Of a DNA stretch of 64,000 nucleotides, positions 1 to 12,864 are shown in pieces. Below the pieces are notes generated by a model. The model did not search any database, was not told the origin of the DNA, and saw only the letters and a list, made by a program, of their open reading frames with translations. The DNA lies in NCBI RefSeq assembly GCF_021869535.1, contig NW_026262695.1:310001-374000 (forward strand), in the 5' to 3' direction. Source of the DNA: Mytilus californianus. Taxonomy: Eukaryota. The first letter of the stretch is position 1. Every line of letters begins with the position of its first letter. A program made the position numbers and the translations under genes.

Positions 1-269
1 CATTTTTAAGTATTTGTGACAATAACCGAATAATTTCGTGATCTGCTTTGTCCATTGGAGACTTTGGACAAATATCCTGCCTTTTGTTGGCAAAACAACA
101 AATCAGCTAACTTGATGTGGTTTGCTTGTTCTACGTTTACGTCTTACATCAAATTGTTTTTGTTGTTGCATATGTCTTTGCCTTCCATTATTATAATCTA
201 ATTTTTAACCTTACTGGATGTGTACCTTCTTAAGTTTATCTCATAAGTAGTTAGTAGTCTAGATATATT

Positions 270-490
270 GTAATGGCCGCCTTGGCGCTTTTCCGGGTTC
301 GGTTGGCGGCAAGACCAGTCATTATACAGACTTGATAATTGGTATTTGATACTTTTTTGCAAAATACGCAGAATATTTGTCTAAATAGGATGATATATGT
401 TCCTGTGAACTGCTTTCTCATTAACTAACAAGTTATTAAATCAAATGTTAAAATGTATGCTACAAGTATATCATGATATTAGATTGGTTA
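270..490 (+). repeat. Degenerate SINE-like fragment
   Basis: gacttgataattggtatttgatacttttttgcaaaatacgcag resembles, from memory, the central domain of molluscan tRNA-derived SINEs. A related piece lies on the - strand at about 45310-45385. Confidence 0.3.
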
Positions 491-616
491 AAAATTAATT
501 GTGTGTTTTTTTGTGTACATATTTTCAAGGAATATATATTTGTCTTGCTTGCACATCACCATTCTCCTTTTAACTTAAAATGATATGTATAAATGAAATG
601 TATTTTTTCATTGTAG

Positions 617-742
617 TTGACACGACATCTGTACCTAAATTTTGCCAATCTGCAAACATTTCTGATAATAAAGGGGAAAAGATGTTAGATATACATTGGC
701 AGAAATGCTCTATAAAACTAGAATGGTTTGTTTGCAAAAATG
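617..742 (+). CDS. Receptor gene 1, internal exon: C-terminal half of a C-type-lectin-like domain (VDTTSVPKFCQSANISDNKGEKMLDIHWQKCSIKLEWFVCKN)
   Basis: ttttttcattgtAG acceptor (615-616) and GTaaat donor (743). 126 bp, phase 1-1, open. The P-x-x-C...W-x-x-C...FVC pattern resembles the end of a CTLD. Paralogous to 25001-25122. Upstream exons lie outside the window. Confidence 0.8.
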
Positions 743-1129
743 GTAAATATGTTGTTATATCCTTCTATATAAATTTACTTGATGATTCTTTTTTTTTTGT
801 TATATGCAGATGCCTTTTTCTATTTGCTGAGGCATATTAAAAGAACCAGATAAAACGTCCATAATACACAACCTAAAAAATCAAAAATTCACATTACATA
901 TATACAGATATGTTCCAATCGTCGTTCCCCAAATGTAACCTACCGAATTAGACTTATCTCAGGGATTGTACTAAAATGATCAACACGACAGGTGCTGTTG
1001 AGAAACACACGAACTTTAAGGAGACGTTATGTGGACGTTGATAGGGATAGTTAGGAGTTACTCATTACCTCAATGTGACTACCGTAATACAACTTTTGTT
1101 TCGTTTTCTTTACAATATAATGATGTCGT

Positions 1130-2620
1130 GACTGCTGGAAAATGTCTACAAAATTTAAAGAAACACGTTCGAGACACAGTTGTGCTCTAACAAAGCTTTT
1201 TGCTGAGAACTAAAAATGTGCAATCTCACGACAAATTGACAGAGATGATTTTGGCTATTTTGGAAAAGGTATTTATCAGCCGACAAAAATGTCTAAACAA
1301 AAACAAAACCATACGTACTTGCGTTTTACTCCCATTAACAAACAGTTAATTTAACCCTTAAGTGGAGAGTTTTTATTCAATAAAAACCAAACAGCATCAT
1401 TTAATCCGCAGCATATGTACGCTCGTATAACAGCATTTAATATCTTCACAAGTTGCCCAAGTTATAACTTTCGAAATTAGAAGGCAACATTTACGCTTTT
1501 GAACAGAGGTATACTACTGTTGCATGTTATTAACTGGCAATTATTGGAATCGTACAACACAGCTATTCATAGCAATACCTAAAAAAACAGACGTCCAACT
1601 ACTTCAAATCACTGCTTAAAAACGAGGCTTTGACTACGTTTCGGGATTTGCACATACACATTTGAAATACAGTAAAGCTATAGATGCATCAAATGGTCAG
1701 CGATTTGGGAAAAAATAGAGAAAAACATACACAGGTGCATGAGGACAACACAGTACATTCATGCCGCAGATTTTATGACAAGTCAGAAATGCTCATTGAG
1801 GACTAGGATCAATAGGTCAGAGTCAGGAATCGTATTGTGCATTACTTATACTTATTATTCTAAACAAACATACATGCACAAAAGTAATTGATCAAACAAC
1901 CCGCCTTGAAATTCTTAAGCAGAAGAAATAAATCGTGTTTTAATTGTCTTAGCAACCACCGAGTATTGGGCGTATAAACAGTGCGGACAAAAACGCCATA
2001 CCAGTATTTGTCCCGTAAGTAAGAATCAGTTTTCGTATTCGGGTACTTCGAATTATGATTCTTATGATAACAAATCTACCTCATCAGATCAGCAAAGTGT
2101 AGCTAAAACCGCATCAGTAATGACTGTTCTACAGATTCATAAGTTCTACTCAAATCTCAAAAGCCACAATGTCTTCGAAAGCTCAAGCGAGTATGGACGC
2201 ACACATACTTTTCGATGAAGGGGTTCAGCGCTCGTTTAGGTTGAGGGTGTAGCGAGGCCACTAGAGGTAAAACCTTAAGAGGCAAAAGTAATATCCATTT
2301 CTGGGTTTGGAGGAGGTATAGAGTCAATACTCCATTTGAAAAACGCTCAAATATTTGAAAACTCGGATAACGAAAACCGCATAAATTAATGTGCTTGGTG
2401 TTCTTGAAATAATTTCACCAAAACGGACACATATTACCGAGACAACTAATTTACCATACTTGAGCGGATTGAGATTTTAAGACATGAAGGTTTCTCTGTA
2501 AATTTGTTGATAAGCGGACAGTTAATGGGATTTTATTGAGGATAAGACAAATTAAATATAATAACAGTCAAACTGCGTTCAAGTCAGAAATAGGTCTTGT
2601 GCTATCAGTTAATATCAGTG
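1130..2620 (+). mobile_element. Decayed BEL/Pao LTR retrotransposon (gag zinc knuckles plus aspartic protease) in an intron of gene 1
   Basis: Frameshifted translation gives CFNCLSNHRV (1936-1965) and KQCGQKRHTSIC (to 2011), then ILFDEGVQRSF (2205-2237) and LPYLSGLRF, in BEL/Pao order. Many stops and frameshifts. No LTRs recognised. Confidence 0.8.
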
Positions 2621-3317
2621 CTATCAGGCACAGAGATTAGACGAAGGAACGTAGTCTTTGATGCCAGGCTTAAAGATGAAGAGCATTGATGACACAAAGC
2701 CATGGCCAGGGATGTGTATTTGAACAGCATTTCAAAGCTATGGAAAAATAAGTACAAACTAACATTAATCTTCGATCTGTTTTTTAATTTTTAAATATAT
2801 ATGTCTGAAGCAATAGTTTTAAAAGAAATGCATATTCGTATAGAATGTAGAACTGGTGTCGTTGCCATGTTGGATTTTAAAATAGCAGAACTCAAATAAG
2901 TCTAGATCTTTGATAAAAAGGTTAAAACAATCTAGAGAGGAATTTTATTCATTTGTAGATAAACTTGCCGTGATGTGAGATGTTTTTGCTCCGTGTAGAA
3001 AGCTTCACTGTGATTATGAGATGAAGAACAGAAATTACAGCGCTGTGCTTCTCCTCTTTGTGTATTTATTACTGTGCATGTATTGATTTTGTGTCATGGT
3101 TGTATACCCCATATCCTTTGATTTTTGTTTTTCTATTTTCATTACAGAATAAAGAAATGATGTGTTTTTGTGTTTTATCTTATTATTTCCACTTACTTTT
3201 AACATTTTTTGTGCTATTATTTTATTTTCATTTTTGTAATGAGAGGATAGATACGTCAGATAACCTATATATAAAGTGTATTGTCAAGTAAGTTTATACA
3301 TTCTTTATTTCCTTTAG

Positions 3318-3374
3318 ATACCTCTACAGTTGAAAACACATACCACATGGAAGTAGCAACAGATGCAAATTACG
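3318..3374 (+). CDS. Receptor gene 1, stalk exon (DTSTVENTYHMEVATDANY)
   Basis: tttatttcctttAG acceptor and GTaaat donor. 57 bp, phase 1-1, open, in frame with the flanking exons. Confidence 0.7.
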
Positions 3375-5787
3375 GTAAATGTCTTGTTATATGTTTTCTC
3401 TATTTGCATATTTAGGCGCCCTTCCCCGTTTAACACATTTTTAAATAGTTGTTTCTTGCTTGTCAATGGAGATTGTTATCATTCATTCAAACGAATCTGT
3501 CGACTTCCTGAAACTGTCTGTTTAACGAATTATAATTTAGATCTTCACATATGATTTTGCAATTTCTAAATTGATAGAAGATGTAAAGACTTTAAATAAA
3601 TATCAATAGCATTCTAAAGTGATAATTTGTTGTGTTATGTCAAACATTGATATTTACTGCTTATTCGTCCAGTTATCCTGATTTCATTTCGCCTCATTGT
3701 TAAAGACAGAACATGAACATATAGTTTGGCAATTACTGAGTTGTCGAATTGGCAATCTTTAAGTTATTGTGCTTTTCAAACTCACTTTTCAACTTGAAAG
3801 ATATATCCCCGTGTACAATTTTCTTGTCATCGCAACTTCTCAGGAACTGTAAAAGATATTGTATATCATGTTTCCCTAAAATACTAGTTACTTCCTCAAC
3901 ATGATCTACTAAATTCGAACTAAGGAGATTTGGCAACATGTTATAAAAATTCCGTTTTTGTGCTCGGCATAATTGATGTGTTGATACTACTCATTCAAAG
4001 ACAGTTAACGAGACCTAGGGTCTTTTGATTTAAAATCATTGATCCCTATATAAAAAATGATCCAGGTCAGAGCTCAAGGCCATGTTTAAATTTTGACAGT
4101 TATAGAAATCGACGAAAAAGTTACCAAATTGTAAGTCGCGACTTGTCGTAACTGGAAAAAAGTTCGATCCATATGCTACCGTAACACCTATTGAAATATA
4201 TACATTTTAAAAAAAATAATCGATAAAAGTGTTGTTTAATTCCACCAGATTAAATATCTATTAAACATTGCTCGTATTCTTTGATCAAACGTCAATTAAC
4301 TGAAATTAAAAAAAATCAATAGTTAGCGCGTTAGTCTGTCGATACACATGTGGTCTGTTCAAAGTCCTAACTTGGAAAGGAATAAATAAACTAAGTGTTC
4401 GCCAGTATAGTTAAACCTTGTGACGAGAATTGCGCAAGCCCTGAAATATAATTAAACAAAATCAAGTTCAAGTAAAGTAATTAGAGCAAAATAAAGGACC
4501 AAATTAAACCAACTGCATACACAACAAATCAATAAAACATAAATTCCTTGGTTTCATAGACAAAAAAGGAAAACTTGTAAAGGAGGATTCAATGATGCTA
4601 TTATAGGGTAGGGTGTTTCAAGCCTTGCACGTTTCAAGCAAGACACAACATTATTTTAAATACAAGATAAACTTGTTGCAAGGAGCAGAAACGAGACATA
4701 AGCCCTCCCTCTTTCTTCTTCGCTTGTTCCTAGATATCATATTCTATGCATTAAGTAAAAAAAAACTGCCCCCACTACTGCGTGTCTAGTTTGGTGAGAA
4801 GGGAGGGGATGTGTTAATCTGTTTCTTTAGGTACAATATGTGTTAAATATGTGCAATTTGACGTCTTACATACATTCAATCCAGCAAGGTAGCATCAAAG
4901 AAATAATTCAACTAATAAATGAAAGAATCAATAATTAATCAATCAATCAATCGATAACGCAATCAATCAATTCTATTAACAAAACCAATCATCGATTATT
5001 GAATGTGAAACTTGTGAAACCTGATAATATGCCAGTATGCAAAATTTTGATCAATAAATCAACCCTTCATTCGAACAAGACACCAAGACACATACACACC
5101 TATTAACTATCAAAACAAACCAACCAACCAATTGATATGCATCTAAAGTAAGTTGTTTGGTTGTTTTGTACATCTAACAAAACCAACGACCCCAAAAAAT
5201 AAGTTATGAAAATGCAGAAAGACCTCAAAATTACAAAAAAACAATTGATTTTTAATTGTAATTTTATCTGTTTTTTCAGTGGATTTTTATCGAATTCTCC
5301 GCCTAAATGTTATTTCTCTGCATTGCAGTTTTGTTATGTAGGGGTAAAAAATAGAACCATTTAAATAAAATTTGTAGTTTTAAGTTGTCTAATTCATTTT
5401 TGAATTAAAGCTTTGATTTAAAGTTTGGCCTGACTCCTTTTTTTGTTTTTTTTTTCTTCAGTTCTTTAAAGATGTATGAATGTTTCAAACTTCCAATAAT
5501 TCTCGATTTGCCCATTATTACATTTAAAAAGGCTACCAAATATTTGTTGTAACTCTAATATGATTCATAAACAAAGGCTCTGTTTGATCTGAAATATATA
5601 TTCTCTTTCACAATTTGTTTTTTTCTGTAGTTCTCTTTCATGCTAACAGACGATTTTTATTAAATAATAATTTGCATTTACCATTTCCAAATAGTTCCTT
5701 AAATGTAGCATTGAAATAAAAAGTGTATTTCGCAATTAAATCAGAATTATGTGTTTCTGTACTTTTTTTTTACTATTTTTGATCCAG

Positions 5788-5863
5788 GGGCCATTGTAGG
5801 TGGATCTGTCGGAGTTGTCATTGTTTTACTGATAGGTGTTACTGTTATTCTGTGCAAAGTGAG
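5788..5863 (+). CDS. Receptor gene 1, transmembrane exon (GAIVGGSVGVVIVLLIGVTVILCKVR)
   Basis: Poly-T tract with ccAG acceptor and GTaaaa donor. 76 bp, phase 1-2. Hydrophobic run of about 22 residues followed by K/R. Same length and phase as the paralogous exon 27521-27596. Confidence 0.88.
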
Positions 5864-6303
5864 GTAAAATCTATACGATATAAATACAAATAGATACAAG
5901 GTTAACCTCAAAGTGAAAGCAATTTCTGATACAAATCTATGCAATGAAATAAACAGAAGTTTAATAATTTCTATGACTTAGTATCTAACTGATATGCACC
6001 TGACACTTTGAGGGTTCACCTGAGGTAAAAAGGGGCTTATCCTCATATTTTTTACTTAAAAATTAAACAAATGTATATATACGAGAAAGATTCTTAGATC
6101 ATGAAGGGAAGCAATTGATATCCTTAAATTGACATAGTTGGTACATATTCGATTTTGTTCGGTCTGGCAATCTATAATTGCTAATAGAAATCTTAAATTG
6201 AAAACATATGCAAGTAAGATAAGTTAAAAAATGTTCTATGTCACGCTCTTTGTTTGAATGTTTGTTGTGTTTCAAATTACACGGATTAAATATTGTTTTG
6301 TAG

Positions 6304-6772
6304 ACTAATTGGAATTTTTAAAAGTAATAATTCAGCGAATATGGCAACAATAGTTTTTACGAAATCAGTGCGTGATGACAAAACCAATCTTGGAGTACAG
6401 ACGCAACAGCAAGTCCATGAAAGTTATGGTTTGGTAAATCAAGTTCCTGAGAAAAACAACAAAACAAACGATTTATATACACATGTGCAGAAGGGAAAAC
6501 GTACGGAGGATACTTATACAGAGAGTTCAAATGGAGAGTATGATCATTTACATAACTTTGGTGAACGAAAACCAAAAGCTGGTGAAAATACCTACGATAG
6601 CAATGCAGGAGTTCGAAACTGTAATGATCCCACCTATGACACTGCTACAAGTTCTACTAGAGTAGATATGGATAATACGTACGATCATTCTTTTTCAAAA
6701 TTGAAAGCTTATTCAGAATATGACGTTTCAGATTCATGTATGCAAATCGATACAACAAACTATAGCGTATAA
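6304..6772 (+). CDS. Receptor gene 1, terminal exon: tyrosine-rich cytoplasmic tail
   Basis: ttgttttgtAG acceptor (6302-6303). Phase 2 matches the TM exon. Open to TAA at 6770-6772 (ORF 6293-6772). Ten Tyr, including YGLV, YTHV, YDHL, YDSN, YDTA, YDHS. AATAAA at 6878-6883. Confidence 0.88.
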
Positions 6773-7007
6773 GGTCAGGCTTGTTAACTATATTTGGACC
6801 TTAGCTACACCCCAGAAAACCTGATAATATTATTTTGTTCTTATATTCATTAATTCGTTCAAAAATATTCTCAATCGAATAAATAGATGACAACGGAAAA
6901 TTTCTATTTCTCATATATACAATGTGTTTCTGTTTCCTCGTGTGTGACCTCACCAAATGCCACTTATCAACATACATGTTCTTTCCAATGACAAAAGTGG
7001 ATCAAAT

Positions 7008-7121
7008 AGATATAAGAAGATGTGGTATGAGTGCCAATGAGACAACTCTCCATCCGAGTCAAAATTTATAAAAGTAAACCATTATAGGTCAAAGTACGGT
7101 CTCCAACATGAAGCCTTGGCT
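7008..7121 (+). repeat. Abundant interspersed repeat (agatataagaagatgtggtatgagtgccaatgagacaactctccat family)
   Basis: Near-identical copy at 58862-59021. Diverged copies at about 34220-34370, 49915-50075 and 54346-54506, and inverted at about 45810-45845. Confidence 0.75.
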
Positions 7122-8060
7122 GTTTCCCATTCTGGATTACTTGAGTCTAATTTTAGATTCTACATTAAGTTTCTGTTGCTTTTGAGTTCAGTGTTGTATT
7201 TCTCAATACTTTATTGTTATGTGTCTTGTCTGTCTATGTTTAATCGGTGTAGGTCTTTACCATTTAAACTAATTTCTAAATCTTTTCAAACATTATCATA
7301 CTGTCTTCCTTTATGTTTAGCCATTAGTCTGGATGTTTGGCGATTTTGGTTAAGGTCTAAAGGTAAGACAAGAGTCATCATACAATGATGTGAAGCCTTG
7401 TTGCCGAAAAATCCTAATCATATTTAAGCATTATTTCAATACGGATGAACTGATAACCCTTCCACATCAGTCTGTGTAGTTGTTGGTGATGTCCTCGGAT
7501 ATATTTCTTTTGCCTTTGCGTAGATTATCTACCTTCGACACATTGTTCTTTTTTATTTTCCCTGCGAGTTGTTAAGGTGTAACTCTTTAGATAATTCCCT
7601 TTCGGCTGCTTTAACACCAAGGAATAATGTCCGAAGTATAAAACAACTAACACCATTTTATGGCTATTGTTAGTTTACTTATTACGTGCAGCTACACAGA
7701 AAACAATTATTAACCATATCGGTGGTATTGATAAAGCGATTAAAATTCAGTTGCAGCCAGTGACTTTACAAGTTTGAATTGCTTCCTTGCGAATCTAAAG
7801 AATGTCTTTTTTGTGATGTAACGCGTACTGTTACGGAGTGCTATATGTAACTTTAATTCTGGTACATATACACTACCTCAATGACATCCCTTTATTTGTG
7901 ACTAATATCAACACATTGTAGCAACCTCTCGGCTACAAATGGGTTGCAATTTAAATATCTATTTTATATATATAAATGAACATATGGTACATATCGGTAC
8001 AACGGGCACAGAGGGCTTTTAACTTTATATGTTCATAAAAGAAAATCGTATAATAAAAAT

Positions 8061-8124
8061 TGGTAGCCGCGCGGTTAATATCAATAAGTTAGAGGTAAAG
8101 ACTTGTCGGTTAAGGTTCGAATCC
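8061..8124 (+). repeat. tRNA-derived Pol III promoter-like segment (SINE head)
   Basis: A-box-like tagccgcgcgg and B-box ggttcgaatcc (8114-8124). No convincing cloverleaf. A similar B-box (gagttcgaatcccgg) occurs at about 19829. Confidence 0.35.
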
Positions 8125-8838
8125 TAGTTTTCTCTTTGTCATCCCTTTTTGTTAGTTTTTCCGTTTTTCTTATTTTTTATGTTACTGTGGATTTATTTGT
8201 AATAAAAGCGGGTTTTCCCGTTTATTATAAGATTATTATTGCTATTTCAGGTATATGAAAAGAAAAGTATTACATTTAATTTGTCCATTTTTGTTTTATA
8301 AATGTAGTATGATTTCATCCGTTTTACTATCATTACAAATGTGTTTTTTTCTCGCAAATCCCCATGCGAGTAAATCATGATGTGCCTTTAATAAGGTTTC
8401 TTGCTAGAAATTTCGCTAACATTCTTATTATATATACTTAGAAATAAGTTTGAACATGTCTTATTTTGTAAATTACGGATAATATTGAGATGCATAATAA
8501 TTCAAAGACAGACGTATTATGTTATATTTGTATTTATCTAACCAATTAATTGTGAGCTTTATTTATCAATTCATCGTTGAAAATGATAACAGGGTTATTT
8601 AAACTCACTTGCAATACCTTCTACTTAAGAAAAGTATTTCGTTGTGAAAAAACACCATCACAATTTTTTAAAAGAGAGGGGAAAGATACCAAAAGGACAT
8701 TCAAATTAATAAGTCGAACATAAACTGACAACCCCATGGCTAAAAAACAAAAGACAAACAGACAAATAATAGTACACAAAACAAAACATAGAAAATTGAA
8801 GACTGAGCAACAAGAACTTACTTTTAAGTTACAGACAA

Positions 8839-8923
8839 AATGGATAAGCGTTGATTCATGAAAAACAAAACATTTGCCATTGGGGCTCATTGGGGATTTT
8901 TCATGAATCGACGCTTATCCATT
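8839..8923. repeat. Short hairpin, about 27-bp stem and 31-nt loop
   Basis: aatggataagcgttgattcatgaaaaa (8839-8865) pairs with tttttcatgaatcgacgcttatccatt (8897-8923), with one T-G mismatch. Confidence 0.85.
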
Positions 8924-9784
8924 GTATCTATAATACTTTATTGATAACAAGCAAATGTTCTGATAAGTAATACATTTACTGCAAGAAATAAGTCGAAAAC
9001 TGAACATGCCTTAAAAATTTATAATTCGGTCTTTTAAAAGCTCTTTAAATCAAAATAGGTTAACTAATGAAAATTCTACAAAACACTACTTAGAAAACCT
9101 AAGATCGAGTAACACGGACACCTTCAAATTCCGTTGGTTGTCGCAGGTGCTCCGAAGGATAAATAACATCTATAATTTCTTTCTTAAGGAAATAAATTAC
9201 AAATACCTTGGCCGATATGAATGACTATTATGTTCAGGGTTAATTCTCTAAGTTAACTGTTTAAATCAATAATGTCTAGACATTTGTAACACAAAAGGGC
9301 CTAATAACTACCCCAAACTTATCACCTACAGTAACATGTTTTATACAGTTAAAGTTATTCTGACAGTGTACTCGTGGTAAAACTTATATCATTCAAGCAC
9401 TTTCTATTGTGCCTGTTCAGTGTTTCTGTCGTTCTGTTGTTTTCCTCTTATAGTTGATGTGTTTCCCTTGGTTTTGTTTTGTGACCCAGATTTGTTTTCA
9501 CTTAATCGATTTAGTACTATTGAGCAGTGGTATACTACTATTGCCTTTATCTCAAGGCGGGAATTTCTACATTATTTGTGTTATGTTAAATCTCAGTATT
9601 TTTTTGTTATTTTAAAACTTAAGTGTTAATGACAGATTTTGATTGTGCCTGTTGAACATGGTGAAGGTATTCACAACTTTTATTGAGACGATTTGTATAC
9701 CAACCTGTCGACAGCTCTAAGTACTATGTGTGTCGATTCGATTCAAATAAGCCGACATTGGACTGTACGAAAAAAAAACCAGTT

Positions 9785-12650
9785 GAATTTATAAATATGA
9801 CAATATCAATGATAATTCATGTAAAGGCAATGTTTCCTCCATATTCATGGCTCTAATCCCGTTTCCATATTTGGCAATACGTATTGTCCTTTTTGATTAA
9901 ATTGGGTCTTCTCTATTTCTAATCGGTTTTGAATTTGATATTATGGACTCGGGCAACCCCGAAGAGACATTAATTGCTGAAATGTGCATCTGAATTAGTA
10001 ACATTAGTTCTATCTAAAATACTTGAACTTACATTAAAAAACGGATGTTACGAATATGTAAACTAGCTAAAATATAAATCTGTTCATCTTTAAAATGTGT
10101 AAACTTTGTCATTCGTTATGCTACAATGTACAATAAAAAAGCATGATATTTATGGGCTTGCTTTTACTATAATAAAATCCTTGATAGAGCGCTAATGCTT
10201 ACAAGACAGCTATTGTTACTAGTGTCATAATGGTAAAGTTGAAGTTTTTCCTCCAAAACTTTAACGGGCGACGTCATCATTTGATTGACATTTACAAATT
10301 ATCTGTGTCGTAGATAACCACTGATAGATTCCACTTGTCTTGACCATAATCAATCCTCTTTTACTTGATTTTGATGTTATCAATGCAACCTATCATCGTA
10401 ATTTTACATCCAATGAGTAACATAATAGATGTCACTACTGTAGCAGGAATTATATACCTTTAAGGATGACCAGCGTTCAATCCCAGTTTCCATTAGGTTT
10501 GAGATGCTCAGTCGTTACCTTTTTATATTTGTATATTTTTTATTTAATGTGCATTACAGGTTAAAGATACCGAAAAATTATGTTAGGGAAACAGTAAATC
10601 GAAATCAAGATAAATCTTTACACGGAGGGACAACAAAGATTGATATTTTTAATGATTGCCATCGTCCAACTCGTTTTTATGTTTCGAGTTTATAAAGTTA
10701 TGAATTGTTTTATAAGTCAGGTTACAAATGTTATTTTGCACAGTTTACCGTAGACGATCTTATTATGTTTAGACTCTTTTAACTATTGTGCCTCACATCG
10801 AAAAACATACACAACGTTAACCACGGATGTGTTTCAGTTGCTGTAGCCACAATTCAGACATGATTTCCTCTAGTGTGACCAATTAATCATAACCGAATTT
10901 GTACTTGCCATGAACACACGACGGATGGAACATGAGGAACAAGATCTGCTCGCTCCTTCCACCTGAGGTCATCATCACCTGTTGGTTAAGTTCATGTTGT
11001 TCAATCTTTATTTTTCTATGTCTATGTTTTGTAGACATTTGTCTTATCTTTTCCTCTGTTAATAACACGGTGTTATCGGTTTTATCAACTCATATTTTTT
11101 GGGTTTTATCTCTTTGGTATATTTGTCTCCTTTTAATGGACTTTGCCAACAAACACATTTCTTGTATAAACGATTAAATACTTCACATAAATTAAAAATG
11201 TTTAATGCGTTTATTAATTTCGTTTTTTTAAATACAGCAGTAAATTCAGTAACTATTGCGTGCATTATTTTTTATTGAGACTTTATATTTTGGTCTCGAG
11301 GATCTCTGAAGATAAACATTTATTGTCCAAATGCACATGAAGGTCATAATAGCTGTAACATAGACTACGTGAAAAGTATGCACAGACGCTGGCTTAATGA
11401 TGTGTACTCTATACTTTTATATTTGGTTTATTTATTCTTACATTACTTCATCAGCGTTGATGTTCTCTCTTTTGTTCATATCCTTTGACATGTGACCATG
11501 AATGAAATTCTTATGCCGAAAATTCATACAGTAATTTCTGCCAAGTTATCTAAATTTTATCTCGATGGGTCACGTGTTGAATCATCATTCATGTTTATTG
11601 CTTCTGTATTTTCTGTGACAAAATCGGTCATTTGGTGGCAATATCTGCTTGTGAATATGGTGTTATTAAAATGCAAATACATTATACAAGAAAAACTTAA
11701 TCTATGATTCCCCAAGATATTTGTAAAAACCCAACAATCCGTCGTCATTTCGTAGTTTATCACATGTAATACCTGTCACAAGAATGCTATTTATAACAAG
11801 ATGTTGTCTAGTTATCGACTGCATGAATAGTGCAGTAAGTAGAACACGAAATCTTTATCGTTTTGTCATGAAGCAAAATGCTTCATAGAAAGTTTGCATT
11901 GTCGTCGTTTTTTTTTTTTTCATTTGGCCACAACCTATTGTCTATCTTTTTTTGCACATAGTATTTCCCATTTGGTATATTTAAGCATATATGCGAATAT
12001 AAGTTCATATGTGGGCGCATGTAAAAAGAAGATCATTGTTGTTTCTTAAGACAGTAATTCAGGTCATATTTGATTTGAAAAAGGGTATATAAGAACAGCA
12101 AACGAGATGCCGTCGATAACTAAAAACCGTCGATGGAACTGTAACCATGGGCAACATATTAATCTAATTTGTTTAAGTAAAATAGGCATAAATAAGATAA
12201 TAGATACTATCGTGGAGTATAATACTTATTGAAGTTCATACAGTGTTAAGGCGTAGGTATATAATACAATTTAATATGAAAAATGTTAAAATGATACTGA
12301 GAATGTTTTTGTTTTTGAGAAGAAAAATGTTAATCAAGTATCATTGATATCTAGAGAAGTTTAATTTCAGAAACAATACAAACTATTCTGTTCTGGTAGT
12401 TTCATTATTTCTTCTAAACGCTTGAACTTGTATGACGGCACTTTCGATTCGTTTTTTACTTGTTTTTCCTCACAGGCGCATACATTCTTTTATACTTGTC
12501 CTGCGTTCAATTTTATTTTATTACCTTTATGTGCCTTCTGTGAATGTAAATAGGCATGCACCGTAAGGATATTTTGACCGTGTTCAGTAATGGTGAGGAA
12601 AAAATACGAACAGTGATAATCATTCAATAATTAAATTTGCCATTATATAA
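9785..12650 (+). repeat. Non-coding segmental duplication block, copy A (collinear with 30005-33310)
   Basis: Ordered alignable blocks, e.g. 11385-11710 vs 32030-32360 and 12430-12640 vs 33140-33310. Roughly 75-80% identity by eye. Confidence 0.8.
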
Positions 12651-12864
12651 AGTTACATCAGTTATCAATTTTCGAAAACTTCTTGCATAATCAAATTATC
12701 TGGTGTCTCAACATTTAAAAGTTATAATGTACTCTTATCGACTTTGGTCATTTGAATATGTTTTTGGAATGTTGTAACGTCGTTTATTTTTCTAAATTTA
12801 ACTTCATCACGGTGTGTTTGGATTGTTATGAAGGTCACAAATTTGTGTTGTTTAACTCAGTAAA

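Noticed and set aside
6357-6665. ORFs 6357-6575(-) and 6483-6665(+)
   Set aside because: Shadow frames of the genuine tail exon 6304-6772.
8061-8124. tRNA gene
   Set aside because: A- and B-box-like motifs only. No acceptor stem or anticodon arm could be folded.
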